A stretch of 64,000 nucleotides of DNA from Acidobacteriota bacterium (GTDB lineage Bacteria; Acidobacteriota; Vicinamibacteria; Marinacidobacterales; Marinacidobacteraceae), in NCBI GenBank assembly GCA_009835985.1, contig VXWI01000113.1, positions 172-64,171 on the forward strand, written 5' to 3'. Numbering within the stretch: the first letter of the stretch is position 1; every line of letters begins with the position of its first letter. Made by a program: the position numbers and the translations under genes. Positions 17,714 through 25,546 of the stretch are shown in pieces. The notes beneath the pieces are model-generated. The model saw only the letters and a program-made list of their open reading frames with translations. It had not been told where the DNA came from and made no database searches.

Positions 17714-18617
17714 AGCCGCTCCGGTCGAGAAACTCCACCGTCCGCCGGGCGCATTCCTCGGGCGCTTCGAGCTGGGCCAGGTGGGTCGTCCCCGCCACGG
17801 TCCGAAAGTCCACCGACGCCACTCCGGTCAGGTCGCACGGCGGGACAAAGTAGTGAGGGAGATCGGGGTCGGCGCCAACCACGCGGACCGGCAGCGGCAA
17901 GGCATCCGGAGCCACCAGGGGTGCGAAATCGGGTATCGAGGCGAGGATCCGGGCCTCGTACTCGGGTGGGCACCGGAGTTCCCAGCCTCCTTCCACTGCC
18001 TTCCGGAGCGTCGTCCGCGCCATCAGCCGCAGTGCCTTCGGACCAAGGCGCGCCATTGCCGGCTGGGCCGCCATAAGTTCGACGAACTCCTCCGGGCTCT
18101 GAAACCGGAAGGCGCGGTTCCGGGTTCGCACGGCCGCCTGCCGGCAGGCCAGGCGCGAGGCCCGCGCGGCGCCTGCCCCCTGAGAGAGCGCCGGCTCAAA
18201 AAGAACCAAGGCCGCATACGAGGCTTCGAGGGAAGGCGACAGGAGGGCCGCCAGGCAGGAAACCGAGTGGAAGACGCCGGCCCGGGGTCGCATCCCGAAA
18301 GCCCGGTCCACCGCCTGTCCAACGGCCTCGAGGTCGCGGCAGAAGGTCGGGACGGTGTGCCGCGCGATAGCGCCGGGCGGGTTCGCGCCGTGATTCCGCA
18401 GGTCGAACACGACGACATCGAAGTCATCGAGGAAGAGCGACCAGAACGGGTAGTAGAGGTCGATCGCGAGCCCGTTGCCGTGGCTCAGCAGCAGCCGCGG
18501 TCCGTTCGGATTCCCGTACCGCCGTACCGGTATCGTGACCTCATCGTCCAGCCGGACCTCGACGATCACGGCCGGCGGCGGGGGCCCTGAACTACGGGGA
18601 TCCGTCCCGGGCTTCAC
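17700..18617 (-). CDS. Alpha/beta-fold hydrolase
   Basis: 305-aa track ORF. LLLSHGNG near the N-terminus and VVVFDLRNHG are typical of the alpha/beta hydrolase fold. The nucleophile elbow is atypical (FHSVS). It converges on and overlaps the PPTase 3-prime end by 14 nt. Confidence 0.65.
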   Translation of the reverse strand: MKPGTDPRSSGPPPPAVIVEVRLDDEVTIPVRRYGNPNGPRLLLSHGNGLAIDLYYPFWSLFLDDFDVVVFDLRNHGANPPGAIARHTVPTFCRDLEAVGQAVDRAFGMRPRAGVFHSVSCLAALLSPSLEASYAALVLFEPALSQGAGAARASRLACRQAAVRTRNRAFRFQSPEEFVELMAAQPAMARLGPKALRLMARTTLRKAVEGGWELRCPPEYEARILASIPDFAPLVAPDALPLPVRVVGADPDLPHYFVPPCDLTGVASVDFRTVAGTTHLAQLEAPEECARRTVEFLDRSGFSSR

Positions 18618-18634
18618 GTTCCGGCCAGGACGGC

Positions 18635-18664
18635 CCGGGGGGCGGAAGGTGGGTCCGCCCCCGG
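18635..18664 (-). terminator. GC-rich hairpin downstream of the PQQ dehydrogenase gene
   Basis: CCGGGGGGCGGA / TCCGCCCCCGG arms (about 11 bp, one bulged G) with a 7-nt loop. It lies between the stop at 18679 and the next gene. There is no U-tract. Confidence 0.3.
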
Positions 18665-18678
18665 TTCACCGCCGGCGG

Positions 18679-20751
18679 TCAGTTCCCGTCTGCCTCCGGC
18701 AGCGCGAGCGCCACGTAGGACTCCGGCACCCGGCCCCGTCGGCCCGTCTGGACCAGGATGTACTGCCGTCCCTCGTGCTTGTACGTCATCATGCCGTACA
18801 TCCCGATCGCGGGCAGCTGGATGCTGCCGACCTTCTCGCCGGTCAGCTTGTCGTGGGCGTTCAGGACCGGCGGGCCGGCCATCCCCTCGGTGGTGAGGAG
18901 GAGGTCGCCGCTCACCATCAGGATCGCCCGGCCCTGACCGCCCACGTTCGACAGATCCACGCCCTCGAGGGCCGGATGGTTCTTGATGCGGTCGTTGGGT
19001 TCGCCGATCGGGACCCACCAGAGGTGCTCGCCGGTGTTCATGTCGATCGCGGTGACCCGGCTGTAAGGCGGCTTGTAGATGGGCAGCCCGTCAGGACCGG
19101 GAATTCCGATCGCGCGGTAGTTGACCCAGTCGGCGATCGTCTCGCCGATGGTGGTGCACTTCCCGCTCGGCGAGGTGCAGTCGTGGTCCGGCTGGTCGGC
19201 GTCCACGCCGGGCTGCACGATGCGGCCCGAGCAGTTGGGACCCGAAGACTGGTAGAGGATCCCGGTCCCGGGGTCGAGGGCGGCCGGGTGGGTGATGTTG
19301 ACCGCGGAGTGGACGCCGCAGGCGATCCACCCCTTGTTTTCGTTGTATCCCTTGGGAATGGGTGGCATGTAGGGGCCGCCCACCGTGTACTCGGAGACGA
19401 TCTCCATGGCCTTCTGCCTCAGTTCCGGGGTGTAGTCGATCAGGTTGTCCTCGCTGAGGTCGAGCATCTCGACCGGGGCCGGCACCGTCGGGACCGGCTG
19501 GGTGGGCGACAGCTTCTCGCCGGGCACGATGGACTGGGGGACCTCGACCTCTTCGATGGGCCACACCGGCTCGCCGGTCTCCCGGTTGAAGGCGAACGTG
19601 TACCCCTGCTTGGTGGTCTGGATGGCCATTGGCACCTTCTCGCCGTTCACCTCCACATCCACCAGGATCGGGACATTCGGGAGATCGTGGTTCCAGATGG
19701 GGTGGTGCGTGGTCTGGAAGTGCCAGACCCGCTCGCCGGTCTGGGCATTGAGCGCGATCACGCTGGTCCCGAACAGGTTGTCTCCCGGCCGGAACCCGCC
19801 ATAGAAGTCGATCGTCGGCGCGTTGGTAGGGATGTACACGATGTCCCGTTCGAGGTCAGCCGACAGCGGAGCCCACGACGAGACGTCGCCGGTCCACTTC
19901 CAGGCATCGTTCTCCCAGGTACTGGCGGCGAAGTCATCCTCGGAGCGTGGGGTCACGTTGAACTTCCACTTGAAGTCGCCGGTGCGCGCGTCGAACGCGA
20001 GGATGTCGCCGGGGACGTTCTCGATCCGCGTCTGGTGGTATCCCTGCGCGGCGGAGTTCCCCACCACGATGGTCCCGTTCACCACGATCGGGGGCGAGGA
20101 ATTCGTGATGTACCCCACGGTCGGGGCCAACCCCTCGTAGGGGTCGTAGTTGTAGCCGAAGTGGGCGAGGAGGTCCACGACGCCGGTCTTCGGGAATCCG
20201 GGGATGTCCACCGGCGCGCCGAAGCCCTCGATGTGCTCCCCGGTCTCGCCGTCGAACGCGTGCAGGAAGAACGCCGGGGAGACCACGTAGATGACGAGCC
20301 GCCCGTCGATCTCGGCGTAGGCAACGCCCTTGCCATAGCTCGAGCGCATGGACTCCTCGAAACGCCGGGTGTCCGGCTCCGCGTAGGTCCACAGCGTCTC
20401 CCCCGTTTCGGGGTCCATCGACACCACCGTGCGCCGGTAGCCCACCACCGTGTAGAGCCTGCCGTTGATGTAGCTCGGGGTGGACTTCGAGAGGTAGCTC
20501 GGCTTCGGCCCGTAGTTGTCGCCGCGCCACATCCAGGCGACCTCGAGGTCGCCAAAGTTGTCGGCGTTGACGTCTTTGAGCGGGGACGAGCGGGTGCCCC
20601 AGGCATCGCCGCTCTGGTACCGCCATTCGCCTGCGGGCATGTCGCGGTTCTGGGCCGCGAGCGGCGCGGCGAACAGCAGCGCGGCGACCAGAGCTCCCGC
20701 GATCCGGATCGGGCGTTTCGCGGGCGCGCAAAGAGGATTCAGTCGGGTCAT
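18679..20751 (-). CDS. PQQ-dependent dehydrogenase (quinoprotein beta-propeller, glucose/alcohol dehydrogenase-like), secreted
   Basis: Track ORF 18679-20802, trimmed to ATG 20751, which is preceded by GGGAGG. Signal peptide is IAGALVAALLFAAPLAAQ. Recurrent W-containing propeller repeats include ETGETLWTY, RTGDFKWKF, QTGERVWHF, ETGEPVWPI and NTGEHLWWV. Confidence 0.8.
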   Translation of the reverse strand: MTRLNPLCAPAKRPIRIAGALVAALLFAAPLAAQNRDMPAGEWRYQSGDAWGTRSSPLKDVNADNFGDLEVAWMWRGDNYGPKPSYLSKSTPSYINGRLYTVVGYRRTVVSMDPETGETLWTYAEPDTRRFEESMRSSYGKGVAYAEIDGRLVIYVVSPAFFLHAFDGETGEHIEGFGAPVDIPGFPKTGVVDLLAHFGYNYDPYEGLAPTVGYITNSSPPIVVNGTIVVGNSAAQGYHQTRIENVPGDILAFDARTGDFKWKFNVTPRSEDDFAASTWENDAWKWTGDVSSWAPLSADLERDIVYIPTNAPTIDFYGGFRPGDNLFGTSVIALNAQTGERVWHFQTTHHPIWNHDLPNVPILVDVEVNGEKVPMAIQTTKQGYTFAFNRETGEPVWPIEEVEVPQSIVPGEKLSPTQPVPTVPAPVEMLDLSEDNLIDYTPELRQKAMEIVSEYTVGGPYMPPIPKGYNENKGWIACGVHSAVNITHPAALDPGTGILYQSSGPNCSGRIVQPGVDADQPDHDCTSPSGKCTTIGETIADWVNYRAIGIPGPDGLPIYKPPYSRVTAIDMNTGEHLWWVPIGEPNDRIKNHPALEGVDLSNVGGQGRAILMVSGDLLLTTEGMAGPPVLNAHDKLTGEKVGSIQLPAIGMYGMMTYKHEGRQYILVQTGRRGRVPESYVALALPEADGN

Positions 20752-20831
20752 CCGGAACCTCCCATGATCTTGAGAAACGGGAATCGTAAGCGTTTTGGCC
20801 AACGTTTGGGGCAGGTCGAGGGTTCCGTCGG

Positions 20832-22916
20832 TTACCGGAGTACATCCAGCAGATTGGAATGGTCATCGGTCCACAGGAACCGGTCGGCCGGTTCGGCGGC
20901 CTCCCCCGTCCAGGGCTCCGCCCTCCCGAGCAGGCTCGGGTCGGTGATGAGGTCGGTGTTCAGGCTGAGCACCACCCAGGTCGCGGTGTAGTGGAACAGA
21001 TCGGGGTCCGGATCGCTGACCGTGAGCAACGACAGCAGGTCCAGGCGGAGGCCCTGGGCGCGGATCACCGGGGCGAGATCCACGTGGCGGTTCGAGATGT
21101 GGACCGCGATCGTGCCGCCCGGGGCCAGTCGGCTCTGGTAGAGATCGAACGCTTCGGCGGTGAGCAGGTGGACCGGGATCGCGTCGCCGGCGAAGGCGTC
21201 CAGCACGATCACGTCGAACTCCGCCTCTCCGGCGCCTGCTTCCCGGAGCAGGCTCAGCCGGCCGTCACCCAGCACGACCTCCACCTCCGCCGGCGCGTCG
21301 TCGAGGAAGGTGAAGTACTCGCGCGCCGCCTGCACGACCTGCGGGTCGAGCTCGTAGAAGCGGAACAGGTCTCCGCGCCGCCCGTGGACGACGATAGACC
21401 CGGTCCCGAGCCCGACGACAGCGACCCGGAGGGGCCGCACCAACCGACGGTTGGGGTGCCGGTTCAGGACCGCCTCGATACCGGTGCCCTCGTAGTAATA
21501 GAGGGTGGGCTCGCGGCGGCGCCCGGGCGCGAACCACTGGGACCCGTGGGCGATTCCCCCGTGCCACATGTCGCGCCGCCAGTCCGGCGTGCCCGGGTAG
21601 GCCTCCATGACGCGCACAACCCCGAAGAAGTTCCGGGTTGCGGTCAGCGGACGCCGATGTTCGAGCGCGCTGATGGCGATGGCGACCCCGAGGGTCGCCG
21701 CGGGGATGGCCTTCCGGGCGAGCGACCGGAAGGCGTCCCGGGGCGGCGTGGCCACGGCGAAGGCGACCACCACGGCGAGCACCAGGGCGAGCGGATACTC
21801 CCAGACGTTGGGGAAGAGCAGTGGACTGCCGATGGACGCGAAAAGCCCCCCGAGGGCGCCTCCGGCCGTCATGGACAGGTAGAAACCGGTGAGGCGCGTC
21901 GGAGCGGGTTTCCGCCGGACGATCTCCCCGTGGGTGATCCAGCACCCGGCGAACAGGAACCCGAGCGCCGCGACCGCGTGGGCGAGCAGGGCGCGCTCGA
22001 GGCCGTAGGTGATGTCCTGGAACCAGACGTAGAAGCACGCCGCCACCGAAACCAGCAGCAGCGGCACGAGGAACCGCCTCGGATACGGATCGCCGCCGCG
22101 GAACGCGAGGATGAACGTGAGCAGGTACAGGGCCAACGGGGCGATCCACAGGAACGGAACCGCTGCCACGTCGCGGGTGAGATGGGTCGTGACCGCGACC
22201 AGCGCCAGCGAGCCGACCGCGGCGAGCAGAAAGGCCGGGACATGGAAGTCACCGAGCCTGGACCCGGCCGGCGGGCCGGCGCGCCCGGCGTCGCCGGCCC
22301 GGGCCCGGACGGAAGCGACGCCCGCCAGGAAAGTCAGTGCGGCGAAGGCCACGAACCCCGCAGACCACAGCCGCCCCTGGGCGCCCAGTCCGAGCAGCGG
22401 CTCGAGCAACAGCGGATAGGCCGCGAGGCCGATCAACGACCCGGCATTCGAAAGGGCATACAGCCGGTAGACGCCGGTCGCCGCCGGGTCGTCGGCTGCC
22501 GAAGGACCCGCGCGGGCCACCCACGCCGACACCAGCGGCGTGGTGGCCGCGAGCGCGAAGAAGCCCGGCCCCAGCGTGACCAGGAGCGTGAGAAGGATCC
22601 ACCCGGCGGGCGCTTCCCCGCCGTCCGGCGCCCAGCCGGTTCCGGGAAGCGGCGGCAGGCTGGCCAGCGCGGCCAGCGCGAGGAGGACGCCGTGGACCGC
22701 CAGCTGGACGCGCGGGGCGAGGCGCGTCACCAGCAGGTGCGCATAGAGATATCCGCCGAGCAGCACCGCCTGGAAGAAGAAGAGCGCGACGGCCCACACC
22801 ATCGGGGCCCCGCCGTACCAGGGCAGCAGGCTGCGCGCGGCGAGTGGCTGGACCACGAACAGGAGCGACGCCGCGAGGAAGACCGCGGCACCGGAGAGCC
22901 ATAGTCGGCGGGGCAT
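20832..22916 (-). CDS. Fused polytopic membrane domain / spermidine-synthase-like methyltransferase-fold protein
   Basis: Track ORF 20832-23186, trimmed to ATG 22916 (MPRRLWLSGAAVFLAASLLF...). About 450 aa form many TM helices. The C-terminal domain then has VAVVGLGTGS...FYELDPQVV...DVIVLDAFAGDAIPVHLLTAEAF...LAPGGTIAVHISN (the aminopropyltransferase/SAM-fold pattern). Confidence 0.8.
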   Translation of the reverse strand: MPRRLWLSGAAVFLAASLLFVVQPLAARSLLPWYGGAPMVWAVALFFFQAVLLGGYLYAHLLVTRLAPRVQLAVHGVLLALAALASLPPLPGTGWAPDGGEAPAGWILLTLLVTLGPGFFALAATTPLVSAWVARAGPSAADDPAATGVYRLYALSNAGSLIGLAAYPLLLEPLLGLGAQGRLWSAGFVAFAALTFLAGVASVRARAGDAGRAGPPAGSRLGDFHVPAFLLAAVGSLALVAVTTHLTRDVAAVPFLWIAPLALYLLTFILAFRGGDPYPRRFLVPLLLVSVAACFYVWFQDITYGLERALLAHAVAALGFLFAGCWITHGEIVRRKPAPTRLTGFYLSMTAGGALGGLFASIGSPLLFPNVWEYPLALVLAVVVAFAVATPPRDAFRSLARKAIPAATLGVAIAISALEHRRPLTATRNFFGVVRVMEAYPGTPDWRRDMWHGGIAHGSQWFAPGRRREPTLYYYEGTGIEAVLNRHPNRRLVRPLRVAVVGLGTGSIVVHGRRGDLFRFYELDPQVVQAAREYFTFLDDAPAEVEVVLGDGRLSLLREAGAGEAEFDVIVLDAFAGDAIPVHLLTAEAFDLYQSRLAPGGTIAVHISNRHVDLAPVIRAQGLRLDLLSLLTVSDPDPDLFHYTATWVVLSLNTDLITDPSLLGRAEPWTGEAAEPADRFLWTDDHSNLLDVLR

Positions 22917-22944
22917 AACGTCGGGGTTACGATACGGCCTCGTT

Positions 22945-23523
22945 ATGAAGAAGCGCCGAACACCGCCCTCCCGAGCCGGCAACCCCGCAACTCCAACCAC
23001 AACCGCCAAGCCCGCCGCCGCCCGGAAGGGATGGGGCGCCGCTCCGATCCTCGCGATCGGCCTGCTCGTGGCGGGCGCGGCCGTCTTCTTCGTCGCCGCC
23101 TTCGAGGACACGACGGTGGAGAGCGGCCTGCAGCCGGCTTCGGACCTGTCCGCCGACGCGTACGACCTCGGAAACCAGGCGGCCAAGCCGTTTCCCTACT
23201 ACGACTCGGTGGAGGAGGCGCGTCCCTTCCCGGTGACGCTCCCTCCCAACACCTACGAGAACGAGACGCTGCAGACGGCGTACGCCATCGCCAAGGGGAT
23301 CCCCGAAGTGCTCGTCCAGTTGCCCTGTCTGTGTGGCTGCCACGGCGCCTCCGAAGATCACGGGAGCCTGCTCGACTGCTACGTGGACAACCACGCCGCC
23401 ACTTGAAGCACCTGTCTCCAGGAGGTCCTCCTGGCCAAGGAAATGCACGATGACGGCGCGAGTCCCGACGAGATCCGCGAGGCGATCTACGAGCACGAGT
23501 TCACCGACATCCCGCTGAGGTAG
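22945..23523 (+). CDS. PCYCGC/CYCXC-motif family membrane-anchored protein, predicted selenoprotein (TGA 23404-23406 read as Sec, U-S-T-C motif)
   Basis: Track ORF 22945-23406 ends at TGA after ...LPCLCGCHGASEDHGSLLDCYVDNHAAT. The same frame continues as STCLQEVLLAKEMHDDGASPDEIREAIYEHEFTDIPLR to TAG 23521-23523. A SECIS-like hairpin lies 11 nt after the TGA. The N-terminus has a K/R-rich stretch plus one TM helix. Confidence 0.7.
23418..23434 (+). promoter_or_regulatory. Candidate bacterial SECIS minihelix
   Basis: CCAGGAG-GUC-CUCCUGG is a perfect 7-bp stem (or 6 bp with a GGUCC loop). It starts exactly 11 nt after UGA 23404-23406, and the apical loop contains GGUC. Confidence 0.6.
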
Positions 23524-23592
23524 CGGCACCGCGGAAACCCGGACGCCGCCCCGCCCGTAGGTCCGCGGTTTCGCCTCCCTGCGGTCGGCGAC

Positions 23593-23616
23593 GCCGGCCG
23601 GAGGCCGGCGCTCCGA
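23593..23616. repeat. 24-nt GC-hairpin repeat, copy 1 (GCCGGCCGGAGGCCGGCGCTCCGA)
   Basis: Identical 24-mer to 33353-33376. It contains a 7-bp all-GC stem GCCGGCC/GGCCGGC with a GGA loop. It lies in the convergent intergenic region between the selenoprotein gene and sorB. GGCGCTCCG is repeated again at 23620-23628. Confidence 0.6.
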
Positions 23617-23630
23617 GTTGGCGCTCCGGG

Positions 23631-24035
23631 CTAAGGCTCCCGCCAGTACAGGGGGTTTGGGCGGTAGCGCGGGAACGCCCAGGGGAGGACCTTCGTTTCC
23701 GCGTCCGCCGACGTCCCGGGTCCGGGCGACGGGGAACTCTCCCGGGGGCCGTGCTCTTCCTCGAGGTAGTCCAGGATCCTCTCGTGGGTCTCGGGCTCGA
23801 GCGGCGGCATGCCCATCCCGATCATCATGTCGAGCACCCCTTCCCACTCTTCACGGGGAAGGTTCAGCGCCCTGATGTAGCTGTCGTCGTGGCAGTAGAG
23901 ACAGTTCTCGTCGATGAGGGCCCGGCCGTCGTTCTCCTGCCAGGCGGTGAGCGCCGGGATGCCGCGTTCCTCCCCGCCCGCCGCTGCGGCCACCGGCAGC
24001 AACGCGATCACAGAACCAAGTAGCAGACGTTTCAT
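23631..24035 (-). CDS. sorB: Monohaem cytochrome c, SorB-like partner of sulfite dehydrogenase
   Basis: Track ORF 23631-24071, trimmed to ATG 24035 (MKRLLLGSVIALLPVAAAAG signal). It has a single CLYCH haem-binding motif. The start lies 1 nt after the sorA-like stop. Confidence 0.7.
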   Translation of the reverse strand: MKRLLLGSVIALLPVAAAAGGEERGIPALTAWQENDGRALIDENCLYCHDDSYIRALNLPREEWEGVLDMMIGMGMPPLEPETHERILDYLEEEHGPRESSPSPGPGTSADAETKVLPWAFPRYRPNPLYWREP

Positions 24036-24036
24036 C

Positions 24037-25245
24037 TCAGAGTGCGGTGACCGCGATCCGGTGCATTGCATTGTTCAGGTAGCCGCGCGGGTTCCAACCC
24101 GGGACGACCATGGGCTGCTGGCGTCCCCGGTGGTCCGTCGCGCGCGCCCAGAGTTCATAGTGGCCGGGAATGTCGAAGGCGATGGACCCCTCGAACCGTT
24201 GCCACGCGAACGGGTTCTCGGGCTCCTCGAGCTGACACGGGAGCCAGGTGGCCCCGAAGTCGGCGCTCAGGTGCATCGCGTTCACCGGCCCGTCGCCGGC
24301 CCACGCCCAGCCCCGGACCGCGAGCGGCCCTCCGCCGACGTGGCGGACGCCCGTCTCGGGACGGGTGATGATGGACTTCACCGGCATGGGGCCGATGATC
24401 TCCATGTCCTCCTCGGGCACGTCGGTTCCGGGAGCGACCGGATACCGCGGCACCCGGTAGGAATAGCCCATCATCTTGGGGCCGTCGTGGACCTGGTCCC
24501 GGACCCAGAGGCGGCTCAGCCACTTCCCGCTCGCCGAGGCGGGGAACCCCGGGGCGACGATCCGTAGCGGAAAGCCATGGTGCGGAGGCAGAGGTTCGCC
24601 GTTCATGTCCCAGGCAAGGAGAGTCGACTCGTCCATGGCCTTGGACAGCGGGACGCCCCGGGAAATCGCGACGTCGTCGGGATTCCCGCTCAGGTGCGGA
24701 TCCTCGCCGTAGTAGGCGACGTAGACGGCAGTGTCGAGCACGCCGGCCGCATCGAGCACGTCGCGGAGGCGGACACCGGTGTAACGCGCGCAGCCGACGG
24801 CGCCGAGCCACCACTGGTTGCCCGACGCCCCCGGCTGGAAGGCCGCTCTCCCGTTTCCCGCACATTCGAGCACGAGGGCGCGGCTCACGTTCTCGAAGCG
24901 CGCCTTGAGATCGTCAAGCGAGAGATTCAGGGCGTTTCCCACCTCGCCGTCGACGCGGAGCGACCAGCCCTCGAGGGTTCCGGAGAGGGCCCGCTCGGGC
25001 ACCCCGCCGTTGTTCCGGACGAAGTGCTTGTCGTTGGGCGTGTAGCGGGGATCGAGGTCGGCAACCAGAGTCTCGGCGTTCACCGGCCGTTCGCTCAGAA
25101 TCCGCAGGCCGCTCTTTCCGAAGACGGCTCCCCCGCCCTGCCCGGCGGCGCGCTCGAGAGCCAGCGCGCTCGCGCCGGCGGCAACGGGAACGGCGCCGAG
25201 AAACCGCCGTCGCGACAGCGGGGGAACAGGCCTCATGGGCCGCAA
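24037..25245 (-). CDS. sorA: Molybdopterin-dependent sulfite dehydrogenase/oxidase-family catalytic subunit (SorA-like), Tat-exported
   Basis: 402-aa track ORF. Twin-arginine signal is LSRRRFLGAVPVAAGASALA. The conserved Mo-ligand cysteine block is LVLECAGNGRAAF. HGFPLRIVAPG and a C-terminal dimerisation domain are also present. Confidence 0.85.
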   Translation of the reverse strand: MRPMRPVPPLSRRRFLGAVPVAAGASALALERAAGQGGGAVFGKSGLRILSERPVNAETLVADLDPRYTPNDKHFVRNNGGVPERALSGTLEGWSLRVDGEVGNALNLSLDDLKARFENVSRALVLECAGNGRAAFQPGASGNQWWLGAVGCARYTGVRLRDVLDAAGVLDTAVYVAYYGEDPHLSGNPDDVAISRGVPLSKAMDESTLLAWDMNGEPLPPHHGFPLRIVAPGFPASASGKWLSRLWVRDQVHDGPKMMGYSYRVPRYPVAPGTDVPEEDMEIIGPMPVKSIITRPETGVRHVGGGPLAVRGWAWAGDGPVNAMHLSADFGATWLPCQLEEPENPFAWQRFEGSIAFDIPGHYELWARATDHRGRQQPMVVPGWNPRGYLNNAMHRIAVTAL

Positions 25246-25303
25246 ATGCTAGCCGAAATCCAACTGTGCACGGGCTCTCGGTTGACGGATGGTGGAGCTC
25301 AGA

Positions 25304-25333
25304 TTGGCATGAATAGAGCGCATTTGCTATACT
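25304..25333 (+). promoter_or_regulatory. Sigma-70-like promoter with extended -10
   Basis: TTGGCA (25304-25309), 18-nt spacer, TGcTATACT (25325-25333). It sits in an AT-rich patch of the 300-nt intergenic region upstream of the DUF1572-rlpA pair. Confidence 0.35.
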
Positions 25334-25546
25334 CGCCTTCAAGCATCGTACGAAGGTGCCGGATTTCAGCTCCGGCGCCGTCTATCCTTCCCGCCTGCCT
25401 TTCCCAGGCGGCGTCACCGCGAACCGGTGACGGACAGGCTTCCCGAACGACGGAACCCGAGGGTTTCGCTCTCGGGTCCAGAATCCCCGGCGGACCAAAG
25501 TTCGCGCCAGCGTCCCGCCTCCACGGTTTGAAGACACCTCTCTCCC

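Noticed and set aside
18475-20991. 838-aa plus-strand ORF, one of the longest in the track
   Set aside because: It is exactly antisense to the PQQ dehydrogenase gene. Its composition is dominated by Arg/Gly/Pro/Val/Asp/His runs with no recognisable motifs. This is a classic high-GC shadow ORF.
23333-23518. 61-aa plus-strand ORF overlapping the region downstream of the TGA in the selenoprotein gene
   Set aside because: It is in a different frame from the PCYCGC protein and has shadow-like Thr/Ser/Arg/Pro-rich composition. The in-frame continuation of the PCYCGC protein explains this region better.
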